A stretch of 64,000 bases of DNA from Candidatus Bathyarchaeota archaeon (GTDB taxonomy: Archaea > Thermoproteota > CALKCG01 > B24 > DRYS01): assembly GCA_018396535.1 (NCBI GenBank), contig JAGTQC010000001.1, positions 96,001 to 160,000 on the forward strand, read 5' to 3'. Each line of letters begins with the position of its first letter. Position 1 is the stretch's first letter. The notes under the pieces were generated by a model. It was given only the letters and a program-made list of their open reading frames with translations, did no database searches and was not told the origin of the DNA. Shown piece after piece: positions 10,916 to 20,477 of this stretch. A program made the translations under genes and the position numbers.

Positions 10916-11719
10916 TCACCTACCAGCTATTTCCATATATCGTCTATATGCTTCCTCAAAGTCGACTCCTTCATGAACTATACTATATAGGGCGTAAGCC
11001 ATAGCATCAGGAGGTTTTGATTGAAATACATTTCTACCTATGGATACACCTCTAGCTCCCGCCTCCATGGCTTCGTTTACCATCTTGAGAAATGATTTAA
11101 CATCGGGAGATTTAGGCCCACCCGCTAAGACTACCGGCACCGGGCATGCTTCAACAACCTTCTTGAAACTCTTCATATCACCGGTATAAACCGTCTTAAC
11201 CACATCTGCACCCAGCTCTGCCCCGAGTCTTGCTGCATGGGCTACCACCTCTACATCATATTCCGAAGCAATTTTAGGACCTCTAGGATACATCATAGCT
11301 AATAATGGCATCTGCCACCTATCACATAGATCAGATACCCTCCCAAGTTTCCTAAGCATATAATGCTCCTTTTCGGCTCCAAGATTTATATGAATAGATA
11401 CAGCATCAGCACCCAGTAGTATAGCCTCTTCGATAGAGGATACCTGAACTTTCCAATTCGGATCGGGGCTTCTCACCGTACTACCAGATAGATGTATTAT
11501 CAACGCTAACTTGCCATTATCCACATACTTGGCTATACCCTTATGGATAACGATAGCATCTACATAACCATTCTTCAATCTATCTATAGTATACTGTATG
11601 TCCGTCAATCCTTCTACAGGACCTGTAGTTACACTATGATCCATAGGGACTATAACAGTCTTACCATCATTTCTGAATATTCTATTCAACCTCCTATCCT
11701 TACCCATATGAATCCTCAT
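10916..11719 (-). CDS. aroA': 2-amino-3,7-dideoxy-D-threo-hept-6-ulosonate (ADH) synthase, class I aldolase
   Basis: [28 protein letters not shown] and GRNVFQ motifs. Adjacent to DHQ synthase II. Confidence 0.92.
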   Translation of the reverse strand: MRIHMGKDRRLNRIFRNDGKTVIVPMDHSVTTGPVEGLTDIQYTIDRLKNGYVDAIVIHKGIAKYVDNGKLALIIHLSGSTVRSPDPNWKVQVSSIEEAILLGADAVSIHINLGAEKEHYMLRKLGRVSDLCDRWQMPLLAMMYPRGPKIASEYDVEVVAHAARLGAELGADVVKTVYTGDMKSFKKVVEACPVPVVLAGGPKSPDVKSFLKMVNEAMEAGARGVSIGRNVFQSKPPDAMAYALYSIVHEGVDFEEAYRRYMEIAGR

Positions 11720-12792
11720 ACTACTCCCTCCCTAACGAGAAGTTCAGCTACAAGGATGGCTCCTTTAGCAGCACCTAAACGAGTATTATGCGAAAGTAAT
11801 ACATATTTTACACCATTCTCTAAAGCTGGGTCCTCTCTTATACGTCCTACTGCTACAGCCATACCCCCATATAAATCCCTATCTAATCTAGGCTGTGGGC
11901 GGAAGGGGTCATCAAAACATATTATAAAACGTTCAGGAGCAGATGGTAAATCTTTATTCCTGAAAACAGATTCACCAAATCTAGTAAATACCTCTTTAAC
12001 CTCTTCTATGGATGCTTTCCGTCTTAACGATGCATAAACCACTTCTGTATGCCCATCCTTGACGAATACACGCGTACATGTGCAGCTAATCTTAAAATCA
12101 GCTGGCTTTATCTTATCGTTAATTAGCGAGCCCAGTATTTTTCTACTTTCCACTTCAACTTTCCACTCTTCACCTCTTATGTAAGGTATAATGTTATCTA
12201 TTATATCTAGCGCTAATACGCCAGGTGATCTACCAGCACCAGATAAAGCTTGCATCGAGGTCATTATAACTTTATCTAAGCCGAATTCATCTAGAAGGGG
12301 TTTCAAGGTTACAACTAACCCTGTAGTCGTACAGTTAGGTATAGGTGTTATGAAACCATTCCACCCTCTACGTTTCTTCTGCAATTCTATAAGTTTCACG
12401 TGGTTATCATTAATACCTGGTACTAGTATAGGTACATCTTCTTCATATCTGAATGCCGACGCGGTGCTTACGACAGCTGTCTCCTTAGCGTATACCGGCT
12501 CTATCTTCAGAGCTACATCCGACTCTACAGCCGTAAATATTATATCAAAATCTGATGGGTCTATGGTAGAGGAATCTTTAACCTCCATATCGATAAACGA
12601 TTCCGGTATAGGCTCATCACAAAACCATCTAACCTCACCTTCAGGTCCTCTCAAAGCTTCTATGTATGGTTTACCAGCAGATCTGGGTGATGCAGCAAGA
12701 CAGTCAACCTTAAACCATGGATGACGATCTAGAGCTACCAGAAACTGCTGACCTACCACACCTGTGGCTCCTATTACAGCTACACTATACAT
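11716..12792 (-). CDS. asd: Aspartate-semialdehyde dehydrogenase (archaeal/fungal type)
   Basis: GATGVVGQ, catalytic PNCTT, QALSGAG, RV.V.DGH and HN...GAA motifs. Confidence 0.96.
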   Translation of the reverse strand: MYSVAVIGATGVVGQQFLVALDRHPWFKVDCLAASPRSAGKPYIEALRGPEGEVRWFCDEPIPESFIDMEVKDSSTIDPSDFDIIFTAVESDVALKIEPVYAKETAVVSTASAFRYEEDVPILVPGINDNHVKLIELQKKRRGWNGFITPIPNCTTTGLVVTLKPLLDEFGLDKVIMTSMQALSGAGRSPGVLALDIIDNIIPYIRGEEWKVEVESRKILGSLINDKIKPADFKISCTCTRVFVKDGHTEVVYASLRRKASIEEVKEVFTRFGESVFRNKDLPSAPERFIICFDDPFRPQPRLDRDLYGGMAVAVGRIREDPALENGVKYVLLSHNTRLGAAKGAILVAELLVREGVV

Positions 12793-12801
12793 CTTTCACA
12801 T

Positions 12802-14034
12802 TCACCTCTTACAGCTAAAGGCTTCCTTTAGCATGGAAAGAGCCATCTCTCTAACCTTCCAGTCAACCAATACAAATATGGTAGACGAAACCGTGTATAT
12901 ACCATGTATATTTATACTTTTCTCGCTTAAAGGACGAGATATACCTGTTATGATCCCGGGTGATTCTTCAAGACCAAAGCCTTTAACAGCTAGCATAGAT
13001 AGCCCTCTACGTACGGCTACAGCTTTAATCCTACCATCATACTTATCTATCAATCCATGAACCTTATCGGCTGCCTGAATACAGTGATCCTCAGGCATGT
13101 ACACTATCATCGATCGATTATCACAGGATAAACCTAGTATATATCCCGTAGAACTTATTATTGATAGGGCTTCGCATAGTATATCTATATGGGAGGGTAG
13201 ATCCTCGCATAAAATAGCTACATAACCTACGGGCTTATCGTATACTTGCATTATATTTAACTCCTTATCTATGCCCCCCTTTATTATAGTACCTTCACTT
13301 TCTAAACTTTCAGATTTAAAGCTTAATACTTTAACATCTATCGATGGATCCTTATACGCTAAAGCTTTTTTATGAATAAACTTAGCTCCTACATCTGCTA
13401 ATACAGATAGGTCGTTCACTGTTATCGTATCTATACGTTTAGGATTCGAGACTATCTTAGGATCTGCCGTCATTATACCATCTACATCTGTTATCAGTAT
13501 AACTTGATTCGCAGAGATCCCTTTAGCTATGAGAAAAGCGGTTGTATCACTTCCACCCCTTCCAAGAGTTGTTATAAACCCGCTTTTAGATCTACCTATG
13601 AACCCTGGTATAACAGGTATGATACCTGAATCAAGCAAAGGTTTAACATGGAGATTTATCCTATCTATCGTCTCATCTAGGGGATATGCGTTACCGAAGT
13701 TTTCATCGGTTACTATCGGCCAGTCGTCATCATATGGATCGAAAAGTCTAGCTTTTAAACCTATAGAGTTAAGTGATGCAACAAATATTCTAGCGCTAAG
13801 TCTTTCACCCATAGATAAGATTTCATCTTTCATTCTAGGATCGCAGCAGTTTCCACATATGGATTCTAAAAGCTCTAGCAATCTATCTGTAGTATCACCT
13901 ATCGCTGAAACTATCACCGCTAACCTATACCCCTTTTTAACAGCATCAGCTACCTTGGATGCTGCTAGCTTTATACGATCAGGTGTAGCTAGACTTTTAC
14001 CACCAAATTTAACTACGAGGGTATTTAGAGACAT
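12802..14034 (-). CDS. lysC: Aspartate kinase with ACT domains
   Basis: VVKFGG.S, TTD.L, GERLS, TLGRGGSD and DVDG..TADP motifs. Confidence 0.94.
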   Translation of the reverse strand: MSLNTLVVKFGGKSLATPDRIKLAASKVADAVKKGYRLAVIVSAIGDTTDRLLELLESICGNCCDPRMKDEILSMGERLSARIFVASLNSIGLKARLFDPYDDDWPIVTDENFGNAYPLDETIDRINLHVKPLLDSGIIPVIPGFIGRSKSGFITTLGRGGSDTTAFLIAKGISANQVILITDVDGIMTADPKIVSNPKRIDTITVNDLSVLADVGAKFIHKKALAYKDPSIDVKVLSFKSESLESEGTIIKGGIDKELNIMQVYDKPVGYVAILCEDLPSHIDILCEALSIISSTGYILGLSCDNRSMIVYMPEDHCIQAADKVHGLIDKYDGRIKAVAVRRGLSMLAVKGFGLEESPGIITGISRPLSEKSINIHGIYTVSSTIFVLVDWKVREMALSMLKEAFSCKR

Positions 14035-14050
14035 TACTATCCATCACCTC

Positions 14051-14071
14051 TATATGCATATGATGCATATA
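14051..14071. promoter_or_regulatory. Perfect 9-bp inverted repeat (TATATGCAT-N3-ATGCATATA) just upstream of the SD of the aspartate kinase/aro operon; possible operator
   Basis: The dyad is directly visible. It abuts GAGGTGA (minus strand, 14044-14050). Confidence 0.4.
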
Positions 14072-14123
14072 CTCTCCCTTACAGCTACCTACTTGTGATG
14101 CAAAGATAACGCATAAATATGAC

Positions 14124-14387
14124 TTATAAACTTATCTCTCCTTCACCGATAGCCCCTTTAGTCGACTTTCGATAAGCTCTCCAAGCCATATATATGGATA
14201 TACCTATAGCTATACCGAAAGCTATAGATATCATCGTAACCGCAACTGTTATCTCCATATACATACCGGAATATTTAAAGCGAGGGAGGAAGTAGAGCCA
14301 TAAAAAATAGAGTATGAATGCTAGTAGAATCAGATTTATGGCTGTTAGAATGACAGGCCTGGATTTACTACCCAATTTGTTCATCAT
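14124..14387 (-). CDS. Small membrane protein with two TM helices
   Basis: Two hydrophobic stretches with basic flanks. Overlaps the upstream gene. Confidence 0.65.
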   Translation of the reverse strand: MMNKLGSKSRPVILTAINLILLAFILYFLWLYFLPRFKYSGMYMEITVAVTMISIAFGIAIGISIYMAWRAYRKSTKGAIGEGEISL

Positions 14388-14625
14388 CCCCTATAGACTC
14401 ACCTCTACAGTACACGATACCTCTAACTCTTCTGAGAAAGTTTGAACATAGAAAGCATTGTATGAATGAAACTTTCTGCTTCAATACTGGGCAATCTACA
14501 GCTTCTTTTTTCATCCTATTCACCATGGTTTTACTAGTCCCCTCCAACTCGCTGATAAGCTCCTTGGGAATCTTTAACGCTTTGTTAACTTGCTCAACCT
14601 TAATCTTAAATTTAGCATCATCCAT
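14368..14625 (-). CDS. Small Cys4 hypothetical protein (C-x11-CxxC-x12-C), likely metal-binding
   Basis: ATG start, charged helical N-terminus, DCP...QCFLC...YC. Divergent from dys. Confidence 0.7.
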   Translation of the reverse strand: MDDAKFKIKVEQVNKALKIPKELISELEGTSKTMVNRMKKEAVDCPVLKQKVSFIQCFLCSNFLRRVRGIVYCRGESIGDDEQIG

Positions 14626-14684
14626 ACCGCTTAACCCATAAATGCTTATAGATCTAAGGGTTATAAAGCTATTCTCTAAGAGTA

Positions 14685-15641
14685 ATGAGTATGCGAGATA
14701 CGCTATTAAGTAGAAGCGTTAAAGACTACCGCTTAAAGGAGTATATGCCCATTAGCGAACTCATAGAATGCATGCAACATAGTGGCGGTTTCACAGCAAA
14801 GAATCTAGCTGAAGCTGTAAGAATACTTTCGGAAGTATTAAGCGATGATAGCTATACTCTATTATTTTCATTTCCAGCTTGCATAGTAGCTACAGGTCTT
14901 AGGGGCGTTATAGCTGATTTCATAAGCAGAGGTCACGTTGATGGTATTGTTACGACAGGCGGGACCATAGATCATGATATAGCTAAGGCTTATGGCAATT
15001 ACTATCATGGATCCTTCGATCTAGACGATATCCTTCTGAATAGACTCAATATACATAGGTTAGGAAATGTTCTGATCCCTATGGAGAATTATGGTTTACT
15101 TATAGAATCTAAGATAACACAGATATTAGATGAGTTAAGTAAGATTAAATGTAGATGGAGTGTACGAGAATTGTGTTGGGAGTTAGGTAAGAGAATAGAT
15201 GATGAAAATTCCATACTTAAAGCGTTATACCTACGTAGGATTCCGTTATATTCGCTTGGAGTTCTAGATTCATGCTTTGGATTCCAATTATTCCTATATT
15301 CTAGAAGAGGGAAGTTTGATCTGGATTTCTGGAGCGATATGGGTAGTCTTCTAGATCAGATATACGAAGCTGAGAAACTGGCTGCATTAATAGTAGGCGG
15401 AGGAATAAGCAAACATACAGTGATATGGTATAGCCAATTTAGAGGCGGGCTAGATAAAGCCATATATGTAACAACTGCGGTCGAATATGATGGTAGCCTT
15501 TCAGGAGCTAGACCTAGAGAGGCGATAAGCTGGGGTAAATTGAAGCCTGAGGCAGATCATGTAGTAGTCGATGGAGAGGCTACGATAATACTACCCATAC
15601 TGCTACTAGCAGTATATGAAAAACTTAGCAAGGATAAATAG
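14685..15641 (+). CDS. dys: Deoxyhypusine synthase
   Basis: GGFTA, TTGGTIDHD, GGGISKH and DGSLSGARPREAISWGK (catalytic Lys present). Confidence 0.96.
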   Translation: MSMRDTLLSRSVKDYRLKEYMPISELIECMQHSGGFTAKNLAEAVRILSEVLSDDSYTLLFSFPACIVATGLRGVIADFISRGHVDGIVTTGGTIDHDIAKAYGNYYHGSFDLDDILLNRLNIHRLGNVLIPMENYGLLIESKITQILDELSKIKCRWSVRELCWELGKRIDDENSILKALYLRRIPLYSLGVLDSCFGFQLFLYSRRGKFDLDFWSDMGSLLDQIYEAEKLAALIVGGGISKHTVIWYSQFRGGLDKAIYVTTAVEYDGSLSGARPREAISWGKLKPEADHVVVDGEATIILPILLLAVYEKLSKDK

Positions 15642-15662
15642 ATTTTAAGTATACAACATTAG

Positions 15663-15684
15663 TATTACACTGGAGAGTGTAATA
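15663..15684. repeat. Perfect 9-bp inverted repeat TATTACACT-GGAG-AGTGTAATA downstream of dys; hairpin or terminator candidate
   Basis: Seen directly 22 nt after the dys stop, followed by T-rich tracts. Confidence 0.35.
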
Positions 15685-15980
15685 ATTACCATTTCAAGTT
15701 TTGTTAAATAATTTTTCACTAATATTATCACAAATAATGGCTTCGTCTGTTGGAGACATACCATTACTGAGCCATCAGTTTAAGTTAAAGTGTAGAATAA
15801 GAACATATGTCTAAGGGCAATACCCATACCAGACTTCTACAGAGATTAAACAGATACGTATAAAGGCATTTTGAAGCTGAAAGTAGAAGACATAGAGTGA
15901 TTGTTGAAATATCCCTATGGTGGAGGTATTTCATATGCTTAGTCCATATTTCCTGATAGTGTAGCCAAATCCGCTGAATA

Positions 15981-16390
15981 TTATTCCTTAGCATCTCTTC
16001 CATATGTCGTTAAAAGCGGTACTAGAATAGAGCAAAGGATTATAAATGCCATACCTAGCATTAACGTATAAGTTGTTCTCCTCTTCAAAATCAGGTAAGC
16101 GAAGATTATTAGTAAATTAGGAATTTATATAGCTGTTAAGGATGATGCCATAGTTACGCCAAGTTTTCCATATCCATATAATTGTAGTATTATACATGTG
16201 CTACTAGTGATATAGGTTCATATCAATCCATCAGTAGAACTATAGCTAATGGTATAAAAGGTACCAAACCTACGATTATTAAGCTTAATGAAACGGTTAG
16301 GAGGCCTGTATATTCGATGCATCTTCTTGTAGATACGCAGTCCATAGGAGGAGCACGGTTATTGCTAATAGAGTTTCTATCCAATACTAA
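15981..16390 (-). pseudogene. Decayed EamA/DMT-family transporter remnant
   Basis: Interrupted hydrophobic frames. YGKLGVTMASSLTAI*IPNLLIIFAYLILKRRTTYTLMLGMAFIILCSILV resembles the EamA C-terminal pattern and has an internal stop. Confidence 0.55.
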
Positions 16391-16408
16391 AGGGGGTATT
16401 CGATACCC

Positions 16409-16813
16409 TTATTTTAAAAGCTTAAGCTTTCCTGTTATTTTATCTACAAGTTCTATCGGAGCGGGCCCTATAGCTAGACATGTTACTGTTTCAGGTGGAA
16501 GCTCCGTTAACCCTTTATCCTTTATCAAAGCTATTGGCAGATTCAATTTCTCAGCTTCACATTTCAATCTTAAAAGCTCTTCCAACGTATTTACGTAAAG
16601 TACTATCTTCCTTTGCCCCTCCTTCATCCATCCTTCCCACCATATAGGTTTATGGACTCTAGCATTTTCCGAAGCCTCGACAGCTGCATGTGCTACTTGA
16701 GCACAAAGCTTACCTCTCGATAAATTCAGATCCAATCTAACGATTATGTTCTGAGTATACTTAAAAGCATTAGATGAGTCGAATGTTTCTATGTAATTAA
16801 TATAATCGTTCAT
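16409..16813 (-). CDS. pth2: Peptidyl-tRNA hydrolase 2
   Basis: [17 protein letters not shown] and D.GLTEL...T.T...IGP motifs. Confidence 0.95.
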   Translation of the reverse strand: MNDYINYIETFDSSNAFKYTQNIIVRLDLNLSRGKLCAQVAHAAVEASENARVHKPIWWEGWMKEGQRKIVLYVNTLEELLRLKCEAEKLNLPIALIKDKGLTELPPETVTCLAIGPAPIELVDKITGKLKLLK

Positions 16814-17124
16814 CGAGGAGTAAGCTTCACCTCTATGTGGACTTCTTCTGGTATTCTTATCCTCATGAACCTTCTCATAAAACTATCGTTGGCAGGCACC
16901 TTTATTAAGCGTTTATGTATCTTTAAAGTCCATCTATCAAACGTATGACTACCTTCACCACATGGAGTTTTCCTAGTTACTATCTTTATACGCTTAGTAG
17001 GTAGAGGTATAGGACCTGATATAGGCACACCTGTTTTCTCAGCTACCTCCTTTATCTCTCTACAGACCTCCTCCAGTTTTTCTAAATTAGTCGATACCAA
17101 TTTAATCGAAGCTACTTGTGACAT
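16810..17124 (-). CDS. rps10: 30S ribosomal protein S10 (uS10)
   Basis: [17 protein letters not shown] and IHKRLI motifs. Confidence 0.97.
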   Translation of the reverse strand: MSQVASIKLVSTNLEKLEEVCREIKEVAEKTGVPISGPIPLPTKRIKIVTRKTPCGEGSHTFDRWTLKIHKRLIKVPANDSFMRRFMRIRIPEEVHIEVKLTPR

Positions 17125-17177
17125 AGCCTTCTAACCAAGTGAGAAAGGAATTAAGCGAATATTTTAACTTTTCACTG

Positions 17178-17187
17178 AAATAAAAAA
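17178..17187 (-). terminator. Oligo-T tract after tuf (TTTTTTATTT), archaeal-type terminator candidate
   Basis: Lies 4 nt after the tuf stop on the minus strand. Confidence 0.45.
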
Positions 17188-17191
17188 TGGA

Positions 17192-18508
17192 CTACTTCTT
17201 GACCTCGAGGGGGACCTTCTGTGTTATTTCTTTCACTATACCTGCAGCTATAGTCATGCCCATATCTCTTATAGCAAATCTGCCTAACTGCGGAAATTCT
17301 GAGTATAGCTCTGCTACCACAGGTTTAAGCGGCTGAAGCCTTACTAAAGCAATATCACCGGTTCTAAGGAATGATGGATGATCTTCTATAACTTCACCAG
17401 TTCTTGGGTTAATCTTAGCTATAAGCTCCACAAATTTCACAGGTACAGTAGCAGTATGTATGTGCAACACCGGTGTATAGCCTGCAGCTATAGCAGTCGG
17501 ATGATACACGACGACTATTTGACCTATGAATTCACTTACAACTGTTGGTGGATTATCTAAAGGACCAGCTACATCACCCCTACGGATATCTGTACGGCTT
17601 AACCCCCTAACGTTGAATCCTATGTTATCACCAGGTAAGGCTTCCTTTATCCTTACATGATGTGTCTCTATGGATCTCACCTCACCTATCTTACCTGATG
17701 GAGCAAATATAACCCTATCACCCTCCTTAAGTACTCCTGTTTCAACCCTACCGACAGGGACTGTACCTACACCGGATATGCTATAGACATCCTGTACAGG
17801 TATCCTTAAAGGCTTATCGATAGGTTTTGGCGGAACTTCAAAGTAGTCTAACGCCTCAAATAATGTTGGACCCTTATACCATGGCATCTTGTCGCTACGT
17901 TTAACAAGGTTGTCGCCAGTCCAAGCAGATACAGGTATTATGGGTATCTTGGATACATCGTATCCGACAAGCCTTAGAAGACGTTCTATACCTGATTTAA
18001 CTTCATTGAATCTCGCCTGACTCCAGTTTACAGATGGATCATCCATCTTATTGATAACTACTAGAAGCTGGTTTACACCGAGAGTCTTTAGTAGGAATGC
18101 ATGCTCCCTAGTCTGCCCCTGCGGACCTATACCAGCTTCATATTCACCTTGCTTAGCAGAGACTACTAGTATAGCACAATCAGCTTGACTAGCACCCGTT
18201 ATCATATTCTTTATGAAGTCTCTGTGACCAGGGGCATCTATCAAAGTGAAGAAGTACTTACTAGTCTCAAACTTCATATAACATAAATCTATGGTTAAAC
18301 CTCTTTCTCTCTCTTCCTTGAGTCTATCTAGAACCCATGCAAACTTAAAGGTCTCTTTACCTAGAGCTTTAGCTTGCTCCTCATATTCCCTTATAGTCTT
18401 CTCATCTACAGCCCCTATTAGGTATAATAGGTGGCCCATCATAGTACTTTTACCATGATCAACATGCCCGCATACCACTAAGTTGAGATGGGGTTTACTA
18501 GAGCTCAT
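17192..18508 (-). CDS. tuf: Elongation factor 1-alpha
   Basis: GHVDHGKST, ERERGLTID, DAPGHRDF and NKMD motifs. Confidence 0.98.
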   Translation of the reverse strand: MSSSKPHLNLVVCGHVDHGKSTMMGHLLYLIGAVDEKTIREYEEQAKALGKETFKFAWVLDRLKEERERGLTIDLCYMKFETSKYFFTLIDAPGHRDFIKNMITGASQADCAILVVSAKQGEYEAGIGPQGQTREHAFLLKTLGVNQLLVVINKMDDPSVNWSQARFNEVKSGIERLLRLVGYDVSKIPIIPVSAWTGDNLVKRSDKMPWYKGPTLFEALDYFEVPPKPIDKPLRIPVQDVYSISGVGTVPVGRVETGVLKEGDRVIFAPSGKIGEVRSIETHHVRIKEALPGDNIGFNVRGLSRTDIRRGDVAGPLDNPPTVVSEFIGQIVVVYHPTAIAAGYTPVLHIHTATVPVKFVELIAKINPRTGEVIEDHPSFLRTGDIALVRLQPLKPVVAELYSEFPQLGRFAIRDMGMTIAAGIVKEITQKVPLEVKK

Positions 18509-18538
18509 CTCTGCTCTTGAATATCCTTAGAGGAGCCT

Positions 18539-18547
18539 ATTTATAAA
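18539..18547 (-). promoter_or_regulatory. TATA box (TTTATAAAT) about 30 nt upstream of the tuf start
   Basis: Purine-rich BRE-like bases followed by TTTATAAAT. Spacing fits a short-leader transcript. Confidence 0.55.
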
Positions 18548-18603
18548 CTCTACCTTAAATGAAGTCGTAGTAGAAGTATCGTAAAGTAAAGACTATTCAA
18601 AAC

Positions 18604-19191
18604 CTACCTAGAAGCTGCTGCGATTCTCTCCAACTCGTCCCTTCTTTGTATAGCATATGATCTAGTGCTACCTTCAGCTGCTAATATAAGCTCATCAGCG
18701 AGACATTCATCTATAGTCTTAGGATTCTTCCAAGCAGCTCTCCTAGCACCTTCCACTATCCACCTTAATGCAAGATCTAATCTACGCATAGGCGATATAT
18801 CGACTGCTTTAAAGTATACTATACCACCATATACAACTTTAGTTACATCTTCGCATGGAGCAGCATTCTCTAGGGCTCTTACAAGAACCTCTATGGGGTT
18901 TCTACCAGTTCTTAGGTATATTAAATCAAATGCATTTTTAACTATCCTTATAGCCTTAATCTTCTTACCTGCATTCTTGCCAGGTCTCATAAGCTGGTTT
19001 ACAAGTCTCTCGACTATAGGCACATCTGCTTTACCAAACTTTCTATGTTCGTGCCTACCGCCTGTATACGGTATGATAACAGGCTCAAGACAGATGTATC
19101 TCTTTAAGCTTGGGTCCCTTACCTCTATACCTGTATATTCCCACTTACCGAAGAGCTTAATACCTTTATACAGGAAGTCTATGTTGCTCAT
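18604..19191 (-). CDS. rps7: 30S ribosomal protein S7 (uS7)
   Basis: LFGKW, PIVERL, NAAP.E and VDISP.RR motifs. Confidence 0.97.
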   Translation of the reverse strand: MSNIDFLYKGIKLFGKWEYTGIEVRDPSLKRYICLEPVIIPYTGGRHEHRKFGKADVPIVERLVNQLMRPGKNAGKKIKAIRIVKNAFDLIYLRTGRNPIEVLVRALENAAPCEDVTKVVYGGIVYFKAVDISPMRRLDLALRWIVEGARRAAWKNPKTIDECLADELILAAEGSTRSYAIQRRDELERIAAASR

Positions 19192-19197
19192 ACTCGA

Positions 19198-19623
19198 TTA
19201 CCTCATAGGCTTTTGAACTTTACCTTGAACTAGTAATTTAAGCGGAACACCATTAACCGTCGTAACTTTAAACCTTACACCAGGAATATCACCCATAGAT
19301 CTACCTCTAGTACCACCTATACTCTCTATTATAACCTCGTCATGCTCATCTACTACATTCAAAGCACCATCGCCCGGGAGAAAGGCTGTTACAACTTTAC
19401 CATTCTTTATAAGCTGTACACGTACACATTTCCTTATCGCGCTATTAGGTTGTTTAGATTCGATACCAACTTTCTCAAGAACTATACCTCTAGCCATCGG
19501 AGCGCCTTCTAGAGGGTTGGCTTTAATATCCAACCCTAGCATCTTACGCTTATACTCTCTAAGGCTCCACCTGAATTTCTTTCTCTTCTTCTTAAGATTC
19601 CTAGCTGCAAATTCGCCTGGCAT
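19198..19623 (-). CDS. rps12: 30S ribosomal protein S12 (uS12)
   Basis: [15 protein letters not shown] and [10 protein letters not shown] motifs. Confidence 0.98.
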   Translation of the reverse strand: MPGEFAARNLKKKRKKFRWSLREYKRKMLGLDIKANPLEGAPMARGIVLEKVGIESKQPNSAIRKCVRVQLIKNGKVVTAFLPGDGALNVVDEHDEVIIESIGGTRGRSMGDIPGVRFKVTTVNGVPLKLLVQGKVQKPMR

Positions 19624-19698
19624 GGCTTAACCCTAACAGCTATCTTACCTAGAAAAGGACGTAAACCGCTTACTTAAAAACTTACCTACGGTTAATGT

Positions 19699-20139
19699 TT
19701 ACGCTTCTCTTATAACAACATTATCTATATCGAGGTAGCGTTTAGCTATCTTTCTAACCCTATCTATATTCTTTCCGTTCTTACCTATAGCTATGCTTTT
19801 ACTCTTCGATTCGACTATAGCTATAGCGATCTTACCTTTGCTTGGTCTTTCAACTATACGAATCTCCTTAACCTTAGCTGGCATAAAAGCATTCATTAAG
19901 AGCTTTATAGGATTATCGCTATACTCCACTATCTCTATAGACTTTCCTAGAATTTGCGATAATCGTTTGACATTAATACCATTTCTACCTACAGCTTTTC
20001 CGATATCTCCTTCCTTAACTATGAATATCACTCTACCTCTTTCACTATCTATTATACAATCTTGGCATTCAATTTGAGCTATAGTCTCGAGTAGAGTTAT
20101 ATACTGCATCTCATCCTTGGTCAACCTTATCTCAGGCAT
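19699..20139 (-). CDS. nusA: Archaeal NusA (two KH domains)
   Basis: GKAVGRNG and IAIGKNG KH motifs. Conserved position after L30e. Confidence 0.95.
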   Translation of the reverse strand: MPEIRLTKDEMQYITLLETIAQIECQDCIIDSERGRVIFIVKEGDIGKAVGRNGINVKRLSQILGKSIEIVEYSDNPIKLLMNAFMPAKVKEIRIVERPSKGKIAIAIVESKSKSIAIGKNGKNIDRVRKIAKRYLDIDNVVIREA

Positions 20140-20145
20140 AATCTA

Positions 20146-20463
20146 TCACCCAAGTTCCATACTTACAAGTTCGAGTATGTTACTATCCCCTGGATCCCTT
20201 ATACCTAAGGCGGATACCGGGAATGGTTTACCACACACTCTACCAAGTTCTATACTCGACCCCTTATAAATGTATATGGGTATTCCTGCAAGTTTACAAT
20301 AGTATGATATGCTATCGGCTAGATCTTTAGGGGTATTCTCAGCTAAAATAACTAGCCTGACCCTCCTGAACATAACGGATTTAAGCGTTGATTTACTACC
20401 TATATATACCCTGCCTGTTCTTACTGCGTTAAGTATCGACCTAGATATCTCAACCGTGGAGAT
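20146..20463 (-). CDS. rpl30e: 50S ribosomal protein L30e, with inferred ATC start at 20463
   Basis: ELG..CGKPF.VS...I.DPG.S motif. The conserved N-terminus (AVRTGRVYIGSKSTLK) is upstream of ATG 20373. The frame closes at TGA 20467-69, and GGAGGT/GGTGA precede the ATC. Confidence 0.92.
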   Translation of the reverse strand: MSTVEISRSILNAVRTGRVYIGSKSTLKSVMFRRVRLVILAENTPKDLADSISYYCKLAGIPIYIYKGSSIELGRVCGKPFPVSALGIRDPGDSNILELVSMELG

Positions 20464-20477
20464 AGCTCACCGACCTC

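Noticed and set aside
15785-16003. 72-aa ORF in the dys-pth2 gap
   Set aside because: No recognisable motif, and it overlaps pseudogene debris.
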